Positions 28,501-40,500 of a stretch of DNA of 64,000 bases are shown here, piece after piece (position 1 is the first letter of the stretch; each line of letters begins with the position of its first letter). Below the pieces are notes generated by a model. The model was not told the origin of the DNA, searched no databases, and was given only the letters and a program-made list of their open reading frames with translations. The position numbers and the translations under genes were made by a program. Source of the DNA: Saccostrea echinata (Eukaryota); contig NW_026889803.1 in the NCBI RefSeq assembly GCF_033153115.1, forward strand, positions 43,090,001 to 43,154,000. Direction: 5' to 3'.

Positions 28501-31500
28501 AGCAAGTCATAAACAATATTGGCAAATGTAAAGTATAAAAGAATTCAATTTTTTTACTATGATTAAATGTCATACATGATAATTCACCTTCCTTTCTTGG
28601 AGGAAAAAATGGTGAAAGTATGCATTCCATTTCAACATGAATACAAAATCCATAATGAGCAAAATCCTTTACTAGTGTGTATTTATTTTAATATATTCAG
28701 AAACACAAAATATGGTGTGGTTTAAATGTAATAAATTACATTTTGACAGTTAACAGCTCAAAATTTCAGTTTCATTCAAATAAGTATACACATGGTATTC
28801 CAAAATCCATTTAAGAGGGAATGTCATTCAAATATACCTGACAAACCCAAGACAAATTTTTTGTTTATGCTAAAAACAATTTGTTGAGTTTCTAAAAGTA
28901 TATATGTCATCCTGAACAAAGTCGAGTGACATATGATTATTGTTCTACCTAATTTTGTCCTGCAGATGGCTTGAGCAATATTGTTTGAATGAATAGCACA
29001 GTAATGATAATAACAAAGTGCATGCAACATTTAAAATTTTCAAAATGACTGCCATGGAGAAAGGACAGTTCTGGGTGACATACAGTATTTTTGGTAAAAA
29101 CAAATTTTCTAGTTAATTTAGGCTCTTTTGAGGATATGTATGAGTTAAAATTAAGTCAACAAGTCAATACTCTTAAAATTGTCTGTGACACCTGTGCAAT
29201 TTGATTCAATTTGAATTCCGACCTTTATTTTCATTTCTACTTTACTGTTTTCTATGTTTTAGAACTGTGTAATCCAAAACCCAGTCTATTTTGACACAAA
29301 ATATGTGTCCCATTGTATGTCAGATTAGACAGGTTTAACTGTATTTTAAACTCCATGTACATGTAACACATGAATTATTATAATTTCAAAGATAGTCTGA
29401 ACTTTTGCTATACATGACATATTGTATCTGCATTACATCTAACTCCCATTTAGTAACATGAATGCTGTATATTACCTATCAGAACAAGTGTAAGCATTGG
29501 AAATGTTGGGTAAAGAGCTTGGTTTACTTAATGCAAAAAAGGTCCTGTCTATGAACCAATCAAATGTTACCATAGGTGATTTTTCATTTTGGGATTAAAA
29601 AAAGAATTAATGCTTTCATTTCTCGTTAAAAAACTTGTGAAACTCTAGGTATTGGATAATTAGCTTTATGAATTGCCATGTTGTTGAATTTTACAAAAAA
29701 TTGTTAAATATGGATACATTAAAAAAAGAATTATATGCACACCACTCAGTAAAAAAAATATATATATAAATAGAAAAGCTTATTTTGTAAACTCCAGTTA
29801 CACTTCTGTCATAATGTACTTATATTTCTTAGATTTGAGATTAATTGTGCTGCATTGGAAATAATGAAAAACGCAGCTTTAATTAAATATTGTCCATTTT
29901 AGAAAAAAAAGTGAAAATTCGTAGCATCAAAATACATTTACTGGTTAGAAAATTTTGTTATTTGAAATAGACATGTATTCACCATGTACGTGTCCAAAAG
30001 TTATTTCTAGCATTAAATTTTCAGTGCATTACAGGACCAAAGAAAGATTTTTGTGAACCTTGCTCTTTCACCAAACTAAATTGATGCACACTTGTTTTTT
30101 TATTTAAGAGGTTATAGGCTTATCAGTTACACCTGAAAGAAATTACTACAACAGGAATATTTTCCTATTTATGCAGACATTTTTTTTGTTGAAATTAACG
30201 AAAAGAAGTTTTTGTACATATTTTTTAAAAAATGTCTCAGTTGATGTTTAATACCCTTGAATTATTATGACTATTTGAATTTTATATGATATAAATTATA
30301 TGTATCAATTTTAAACCATATTTGATATATATGTACTACATGTACAGTTGAACTTTGTTATCTCAAACTTCAATATCTCTCTACTACCAAAGGTACATCA
30401 AAATGTGTTAAAATCCCCAACCACTTTTTATGGCATCAAGCAGAGCTCAAACATCATCTAGCCAGCATCCCATCAAAGGGCCACCAGAAGTTATGCAACC
30501 AAAGGTGTCAGTTGATGCATTCACGAAAGAAAATAGCAATATATCAATTTCTTCAAAAATGCTCAAATTTAAAAAGAACTTTTGAAGTTGTTTTTCATGT
30601 TCGATGTCATTGACGCCTTTCAGGCTTTTGATTCTTACTGTATTTTAATCTTAATATTTCAAATCATCAGATATCTCAGTATTTTTTTCTGGATCTTATT
30701 GGGTTTGAGATAACAAGGTTTGACTGTATATCTAAGATACTGAATGGTTTAGGCAGCATGTTGAACTATTTGTTAAACTATGCAACATTTATAAATATTT
30801 CCTATTTTTTCCTTTTTAGATCACCAAAGTAGAACGGAGGATCAAGAGCGAATGAAGACTTATTATTCAACAAACCAACAAATAATATCAAACCCTACAG
30901 CTTACAAGAGAAACAGACTCAATGAAACTGTCAACAAATATTCTCACCAGAGAGTTCACAGTCACCCTTATAATAGTGCCCCATCAGTACCAAAGGCAAC
31001 CAATGTGACTGCAAGTGCCTCACGAAACAGAGATAAGAATGTTACAAGGAAATTCAATGTGTCACAAACAAATGATTATTCACAGTTTGGGAGGAACAGA
31101 TCTTTGGCAGGACAAAATCCTTGTGCGATATCAGCTGCCAATGACAAACTTAATGCCACTGTCAATCAATCAGAAATGAATGGTGGCAGAAATGTGTCAA
31201 ATTTAAACAATTCTCATTTAAATCTTAGCTCTGTAAATCAATCACAGGCAGGTATGGTTGATTCCAGGTTAGATATCAAGTCTAAATCTGAATCACTTCG
31301 GGTTCACCCTGGAAGCTCTGGACACAACCTCTGTAACATTAGTCATGGTACATCATCATTTGATACTACTCCCTCACATAACTTACAAACAATAAACTCA
31401 CAGAAATTACCCTCCGAAAAACAAATGCACAAATTAGATAGACAGAAGCAACAACAAACACATAGTCAGGCTCATTCAAAAACAAAACAGAATAAGCAAT

Positions 31501-34500
31501 GCAGCAAATTGTTGCAAAACGAGAAATATACAAAAACTACAACACAATTTGAAGCTAACACCAGCATCTCACAACATACTAAACACAGCTTGAATAGGGA
31601 AAACAAACATGAAAAGTCACATAAATTGAATACAAATGTAAGTGGTTTCACATCCAGTGCAAAAATGAATCAAGAAACTTCTGCACCAGGAAAACTTAAA
31701 TCTAGTGGTAGTGCTAAAAATGTAGAAGGTAGGAAAAGGTCTGAAAGTGCTCCAAAGTCAAGTGAAGATTTCAAGAGTAGTGCTCGATACCCACCTGGCA
31801 TTGAAAAAACTTTACAAGTGATTGCCAATAATATAAAGAACAATTTAGAACAGAATAAAGAGACAAAGACACAATCCTTACCAAAGAAAAGGTCATCTTC
31901 AAAATCTAAAAAAGATTCCAAGCCTCATGAAAGAAAATCTGTAACCAATTTGACTGGAGATGAAATATCAGATTCTGCCTCTACAATCCTTCAAAATAAG
32001 CTGAACAGTCATACCCAAGAAAGGAAGCAAAGCCAAAATACTGCTAAGGATCCAATAAATACTTGCTTATCTAAAGATACATCTAAGGGAGGAGTAGAGG
32101 AACAGAAAATTGACAGGAGTGTGCAAAGAAAAAAGTCAGAAGTAGCATTTGAGCCTTTAAAACGTTTTTCCTTTGGAGATTCAAACACCCCTAAACAAAA
32201 ACACCCGACAAAGACAAACATCAGAATTTCATTAGAAGATCTTGTGTCTTGTACTGAAGATCAATCAAAACAGGCTGGTGAAAAAGATCATCATCAAAGT
32301 GTTTCATTAGGGAATGAAGAAGTAACAAATCAAAATCATTCTGCTGAAAATCAGGGGCTAGATGAAGATCTGCCTATGCTTGTCAGGAGCAGGAGGCACT
32401 CGGCAAAACAATGTACAAGTCACCATGATGCAAACACTTCTACAACTGAGAACCCCTTGACGAATAGGAATATCTCTCCAAAATCTAAAGACTCTGATAA
32501 TAATGGACACAAGGAAGTACATAAAAGTGTCAATGAAATTCCAAAACTTCAAGATATCTCAACAACTGAATATAAAGATGCTAAAGAGACCACAGCCAAA
32601 AGTGAACCCATTCAACAGACAGTCACAGTAAAAAATGACAATTCAGTTGAAAGTGAAGTCAAGATATCTGGAGGAAAAGCTATTAATTTTGAGAATTCAA
32701 CTGAAGTCAACCAAGCAAATGCTCATTGTAAATTTCTCAACTTCCTAACAAGACCAGTGATCATAAAAAATAGGACAAACAAATCGATTCCTGATGATAA
32801 GAATGCTTCAAAATCCAACAAGCAGTTTAGCTCTCCAGTAAACTATCAAAATGATGCTGTTACAACAGAAACAGAAAATATGGACATAGAACAAAGCATA
32901 AGACCACAGAGCAATAAGACATCAGAGGTCAAATCAATGGAGAAAGATGATTCAAATATAAAAAGTAAATTGAAAACAGAAAATGACAGATTCTCCACAA
33001 AGGACTCGGAAAAGCAAGATACAGCTCAGCCATTGATGTTAACAAACATTAAGGAAGAACCAGTGTGGGAAATAGACAACAGTATACTAACTGGATCTTC
33101 AAACATTCAAATGAATGAGAACAGCAGTGACAAGGTGAACAATAAAGAAGACGGCAATCGGAACATCTGGGAAGATCTACAACTCCATGATGAAGCAACC
33201 TCCAGTGGACTATTCAAGACAACAGCACTGAACAATTCACATACTCAGACAAGCCACTCAACAAAAGAAAGTCTGCAGGGAAAAGAATCACAGAAAACTC
33301 ATTCAAATGGAATGGGAAAGACATGGCAGCAACTTATGAAACCAAGTGAAGCTTTAAACATTGAAATACCAAAAAACCCTGAACTGATGCCCATGAGAAT
33401 CAAAACTGAGCCAGTATCTCCTCCTGTTCCCATTGATAATCATGATTCATCCCTCATGACTGAAAAACCTAAGCAACTAAGCTATAACAGACAACAAAAT
33501 CAAAACATAAAAGTAAAAGAAGAGCAAATTGATGATGCTGATAATAACAAAGTTGACAAGACGACAAAAAAACAACAAACTAGAAACTCAAATCCATTAC
33601 CAAATCAACAAAACAAAGACCAACAAAATAAAAAAAGAAATGTTCAAGACATTCATGTAAAAAAAGAACCAGTAGAGGATGCATTTCCAACTCCAGAGGT
33701 CACTGAGCAAAATGCTATTTCAAAGAAACCTGCTGAGATCCTAACAGAAATAGAAAAGTCCAGTTCTTTACATGTAAAACAAGAGAAGAAAAATACAACA
33801 GAAACAACAACAACACCCACTGTTGATAGTTCAGAATTTTTGCATCAAAAGGATCCTTCTTCCAAAGTATCAACTTGTCTGGAAACTAGAGCCGCTAGTG
33901 TAACAGAATGTGATGAAGAAAGAGAAAATGTCAACAGTCTACGAACGATTGAAAATTTGAATGAACAATCAAAAGTGAAAGACAAAAATAATTGCTTTGA
34001 TGCTTCCTATGATCCAAAAAGACCCAAAACAAAGATTTCTCCAATAAAATTCATATCAGATTCACATGAAAAAGAAACTTGTGAGCAAACAGAAGTAAAT
34101 TTTGTAAACCAGAAGGGGTACATCAGCACTGGCAAAACAAAAGTAATTAAAAAAGGAAATAGAACTTCAACTTATCAAAACACAGAAAATTCTTTGCCAA
34201 TATCCATTCCATCTGAACAAGCACTCCATACTACTAGAAAAAAGACTGCCAGTAAAAGAATTGTGACTGTAGGAGACACATTTCTACAACAAAAAAATTC
34301 ATCAACTTCTTCAGACAAAAACACCTTGGCTATGTCCAAACAAGACAAAAACAAACCTGACACTTCTAGAGAAGCAGAAATTTCAACATCCAAAGACACT
34401 CTTGGTAAAAACCCTGTTCATTCAGATAAAGAGGTAAAGAAATTTGTCTCAAGTGTTGTAGCTGTTGTTAGTGTGAAAGAGAAGATAATTGAAAGACAGA

Positions 34501-37500
34501 AAAAGGTAGTAAGACAGACAAGAGAACAATCAGTTGCACGCCAGATAGTTAGAAAGAGAATCACAGCAACACCAGCAAGACCCCTCAAGACACAATCTAA
34601 GTTAACTCAGTCAAGAAAATCTATGAAGGAAAGCATCAAGCCATCCACAAAAACTGATGAGGGTAAAAATTATCAGTCACAAAATTCATCAACAAAACAG
34701 AAGGAAAAGCCAGTGTCACAAAATGCTAGATCAGAGACAACTGGAACTAGCAAAGAAAAGGACACAACACTAAGAAAAACATCAACAAAACTGATGGAGG
34801 AAAAAGAAAATCAGAGAACAACACAAAAGACCAATTCAACTCGTAGGAGGTGGAGTCCCAGAAATAATGACATGGAATCGAGGAATGTTGATTGTACTTG
34901 TTTACGATGTAGACAACAAAGATACAGAGAAAAATCTCCAGAAAATAGATTTATTAGTCAATACAAACCAAATTACAGGTATGAGTCAGTAATCATTGAC
35001 AAATACAGATCAAGAGACACAAGATCGGATAGGAGTTACTATTATGACAGTGAATATAGTGCACCTAGTTTTTATGAGAGGTATCCTAGGTACAGTTCTC
35101 CTCCTATGTCACCAGGCAGTTGGAATTCAAGCTATGATTCCTACAGGAGAGGTAGATCTCCAATTTACAGATCTCCATCACCAGACTACAGATGGAGGTC
35201 ACGAAGAGGTAGATCTATATCACCTTCTTTTAGAGGGGAACTGCCTCCAAGAAGGTCCAGATCACCACCCTATAGAACAAGATCACCTTTTCAAAGGCAT
35301 CGATCACCTTTTCACAGGTCAAGATCTCCAATGCACAGGTCAAGATCTCCTCTGCCCAGATCAAGATCACCAATTCACAGGTCAAGGTCTCCTATGACCA
35401 GATCAAGGTCACCAGAGTACAGAAAATACAGATCTCCAAAGAACGATACTCTGTCAAAACGGATCACATCACCTCCACATTCAAACTCCTCCACGGGTTC
35501 TCTTCTTGAGAATTTTGCAAAAGGTACAGCAGAAGAGTTCAATGACAATTCACAGCTTTTTTCAACATCAGTAAAGAAATTTGGACATGAATCATTCATG
35601 CCAAAAGAACTACCAAAACCAAAACCTCAAAAACAGGTAATGAAACACAACAAACTTGAAAAGCCATTGAGAAATAATGCCTCAGTCACAGAGAAAATGG
35701 AGGAATTTGCAGAAAAACCAACTATGACAGAAGTTAGTTCAGCATTCAAAAAATGTCACTCTAGTTCTGCAGACTTGATCAAGAACAATCAAATTCAGCT
35801 GAAAACAACCCAAGTTAAAAAGGCAGAACATGTAAGACAATCTAATCTGATTCAAATTGATACAACTTCATTTCAAGTTAGTATAGAAACTGTTGCATCA
35901 TTAAAACCAAACAAACCCATTCAAATGCCACCCATATCAAGTGTAAAGAAGGCTGCAAAGTTAAAGAAATCGAATGACAACATGAAAAAAATGTTAGTAG
36001 GAAAAAAACAGAGAACTCCTGGTAAAACAATGACACATGAAGTGAGTGAAAAAAATATTGAGGGAACATCAGACACAAAGTCAAAGAACTTGAAAAAAAT
36101 TATAAAAGATGGAAAGAAGAAACCAATTGAGGTGGAAGAACCAAGAATGAATGAGGTCGCAGAGCAGAAAGGTGGGAATGCAGGGGAACAGAATGTAATT
36201 GATGAGAAACAGCAATCAAAAGATCAAACAAAAACTAAAGGAAGTAAAATTGAAAATGGACATACTGACAAAGTAAAGGAAGCAGTTACACAAAACAATG
36301 AGAAAACTCTGAAGCAGATGGAACTTGAAACCAAACCTAGTGCAAAGAAGGCAGTGAAAAACCTTGTACCATGTGAACAGAATGAAAAGCCTATTGAAAG
36401 GGGGAAGTCATCAGAAAAAGAAGAAAAGCAAATGGCAACAGATGACATAATGAATATTACCAAGGAAAAGTCAATAGAAAAAGAAGAAAAGCCAATGGCA
36501 ACAGACAACATAATGAATATTACCAAGAAGTCAACAGAAAAAGAAGAAAAGCAAATGGCAACAGACAACATAATGAATATTACCAAAGAAAAATCATCAA
36601 AAAAAGAAGATAAACAAATTGCAACAGACAACATAATGAATACAACCAAAGAGAAGTTATCAGAAAAAGAAGAAAAGCAAATGACAACAAACAACACAAT
36701 GGTTAAATGCAAAACAAAGGAAACAGATGAGGCAGATGAATCGAAACTCAGTGCATCAGAGGATGTTCAAACAGTAGTAGAAAGCATTGAAAATGCAAAG
36801 CTTAAGAAGACGAGACAAGAGTTACACCCAACAGAACTACCAAGTAATCAACAACCTGAGAAAGAGACAAGAAAAGCTCCCTCCAAAGATGACACTACAG
36901 AGGTCAAACCAAAAGAAAAACCAAGTAGACCAATCAGCCCTTCTACCAGTGAGTATGTTGATATCAACCTAAAGAACATGACACACATATATATTTGTGA
37001 TGGCCGACAAGTGTGCAATGCATTTAACATGTCAAGTTTTACTGGCATTGACTGTCCAGGAACATGTAACCAGCTCCATCTTTCTCTGCCTATCTACAAC
37101 CCATCTGCAAAGATCAATATGAGTATTTCACAAACAGAAGAGTTGGCAGATGTACTGAAAGACTCAAAGGGAAATGTGTGCTTCTTCAATTTGTCACAGA
37201 AAATGATATGTAACAACTTCAACTCAGCAGAGGGCTGCATGAACAGAAACTGTTTTATGATTCACACATCATTTTATAAAATTTTCAATGCATTTTTCAT
37301 CAGAAAACTGAAAGGGAGAAAATTCCCAAAGTATGTGAAACAGCAGTGTTCTTTGGCAAAACCAGATAAAACAAAACTCCCTGTTAATAGTGATCACAAG
37401 TGTAAGGTTAGACTGCATCCAGAAGAAAAAGTAACAGAGCCTCATGATCATACAAAAGACACTCCCATTCAAGTAAAGGATTGGAAAAAAGAAAAAGGTT

Positions 37501-40500
37501 GTGAAATAAATGTTAAAAAAATCTCTGACAATGAAAATGAGGCATCTAACAATAAAAGTTCTGTAAAGAAATTTCAAAACACCGAATCAATAACAGATCA
37601 GAAAAGTGTGGTGCAAAACCAAATCAGTGGCACAAGTTCAAAGCAACAAACTCCTGATGACAGAAATGACAACAACCAAAAAGATACATCAAACAAGGTA
37701 CAGGGCACATTTTCTGATTCTGTGGTAAATAAATCAGAACAGACAATAAAAATTGACACAAGTGAAAGAAAAGAGACAAACCAGCCTAAAAATGCTGATG
37801 ATCTTGTCACCGTTATCAATGTGAAATCACCTTGGAGGGTTTGCAGATATTTCAATACTTCCAGAGGATGTAGAAGGTGGAATTGTTCATTTCATCATGT
37901 ACAAAATCAGCCATCTAGGTCTGTAAAGAGCAATGTAAAATCCCATCTCAAAAATTCAACTTCATCTGACAACCTATTCACAAGAAAAGGAAGAAGTCCA
38001 CAAAAAGATTTACCAATATCTACAGAGAAACAAAATCATCCACCAGCAAAGAAAATGAAGAAGACCAAATCATTAGAAATAAGCAAAGAAAGTGAAAAGC
38101 AAACAAAGGGGCAGACTTGTGGTAAAATAATTGGGCAAATAGTGAAACAGGAAACAATTGCTTCCAAAAACACTGAAAATGTAGTGATGAAAACCAATGC
38201 TAATGCTGAATCAAACAAAGCTCGTGAAATAGAAAATCAGAAAACGGGAAATCATTCAACTGAAATTGATAAGAAACCATCAGACACATCAAAACTACCA
38301 GAAAGCAATACAATAAAAGGGCTCAACTCTGGCTCAAGTGAGATAGCTACCAGTTTAAAAGACATCAGTGGGAATAACAATCAGGAAAAAACTCTTTCAG
38401 CTTCTCAAAATGCAGCATCCTCTAACTATCCATCAAACAGAAAAAGAAAACCAGAGATGTGTTTTCAACACAGGGCAGCAAAAATGCCTAGGCAAAGCAG
38501 GAAATCTAACTGGCAAGCACTACTGACTAGACAACAAAGATTTCTGACCAGAAATCCTTCATCTACTTACCATCACAACTACTACAATTCTGAACCGCCA
38601 GACTGGAGATTAGAACAGACAGAAAACTATAGGTTACCAGACAGGAGATTAGAACATTTACAGAACTATAGGGAGACAGTGGAACATTCCGAAAACTATA
38701 GGGAGCCAGACTGGAGATTTGAAAATTCGCAAAACTATAGGGAGTCAGTAGAACATTCACAAATCTATAGGGGACAGAGGTTGTGTCCTGATTTTAACAC
38801 CCAGTGGGGATGTCCCCTCCCATATTGGGAATGTCCATACATTCATGACTATGCTGAAGACATTCACTTCTCTTAACATACCGGTACTATTTAAGATTCT
38901 CTGCATTAATGTGTACCGTATTTGGCTGAATATAATACGCACTTTTTTCCCAAAATTATTTTCTGTGAGAAAGGGGTGCGTATTTTACACCACAATGGGA
39001 TTTTGATAGGTTTTTCTTTCATGTGAAACACGACTATCATACGCTCATACCGTAGTATTACCTAGTAACTTATGCAATTTCTTGCTGTTTATCGCCGTAT
39101 TTAAAACTTCGTAAAGTTATTGTTGGAATGTAGGCTTGCTAAAAATGTTATATTTATAACCTTTTGATAGTTAAATTAAATTTAAAAGCAAGTTAAAATT
39201 AATTTGAGCAGCATGTTCATCGTCTCCGTGTAGGCCGCCATTAACGATGTTATTTATAGATGTTCACCCATTCCTTTGCCACGTGCTTCCGTAATCATAG
39301 TACACATGTACCTAATCAGTCAGACACTCGGTCAAAAAAAGTAATGTCTTTTTTTAATGAAATACAATAAAATAAAAATTTTATTTTAGGTTTTATATAA
39401 CTCAGTGAAAATTCATTTCAACATAACACCCCTCTATACGTCCCAATGGAAGCCAATGTTGTGACACACGTGCGCTTGTCACTTGATGATTACCACTCAA
39501 CACCCCTCCAGGCAATTAAATTGTTTACCGACTCCAAAGCATTGTTTTTACAGTTAGAGCACTGATTATTTACAGCCCTTATTAATGGCTTTGATTATTT
39601 TCTTTGTTAAAAATCGGGGGTTGGTTTATGATCTTTCGTATGTATAAGCCTGTGTTGATTACGACACATTAAAGTTAAACGCTTGTTAAATGTAATTTTA
39701 CTTTATCTTATATCGGCCTCGTGTTAAAATGATTGAGAGTTAAAAAAGGAAATGTGAAGTATGTTGAAACTTGTGTTATCATTTACTCGTGCTCTGTAGA
39801 AAATAAGATATCCACAAAGATTACCTCGATGTATGAAGACATATAATCCCACCTTTGTACATCATTTTTCACAACTTTGGAGGTGTGTTGATAACTACAC
39901 TTTACACGCTTGTTAAATTTTGATTTTAATTTTATAACATCAGTTATTTATTTAATTAATTAATTTCAAGTTCAAAAGAAGAAAATCGTAGTCTATGAAT
40001 ACTTTGATGTTGCAATATCGCTTGCCCTGTTAAATTTACATAATTTTCAACATGATTACCTTAAACTAAAAATAAATACGACAACTGTTAAACTTGCAAC
40101 AATATCTCGTGCTTTGTTGAAATAAAATTATTTCCACAAAGAATAGTTAGAATACGGCGACGTATAATTTCAATATCACCGTATGCTAAAAAAAAAATTA
40201 ATAATAAACTCTGTTAATACTTTAATGCAACATTATCTCGTGCTTTGTTAAAATAAATAATTTCCTCCAGATTGCCGCGATATAGAAAGTCAAGATTAAG
40301 AAATAAAAACGCATTTGAATAAAATATCGTGTTCTGTAAATTTTCGGCACTTTATCTCCGCGCCAATTTTCATAGCAAATTACCGCAATTTTCAAAAGTT
40401 CAGAACATCGCTTGGTCAAATTTTCTGCTGCGTATAATACAACCGAACTGCGTTTTTTCCCCAGTTTCAGGCTCAAAAAGGGGGGTGCGTATTTTACACC

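Noticed and set aside
34996-35397. 133-aa alternative-frame ORF and antisense ORFs (e.g. 36224-36712) overlapping the giant exon
   Set aside because: Expected shadows of repetitive, strand-biased coding sequence; no independent evidence.
30852-38876. Giant ORF as a retroelement, Polinton or endogenous virus gene
   Set aside because: No RT, RNase H, integrase, recombinase, polymerase or capsid motifs, and no LTRs or TIRs enclosing it; it has a normal splice acceptor in phase with an upstream exon.
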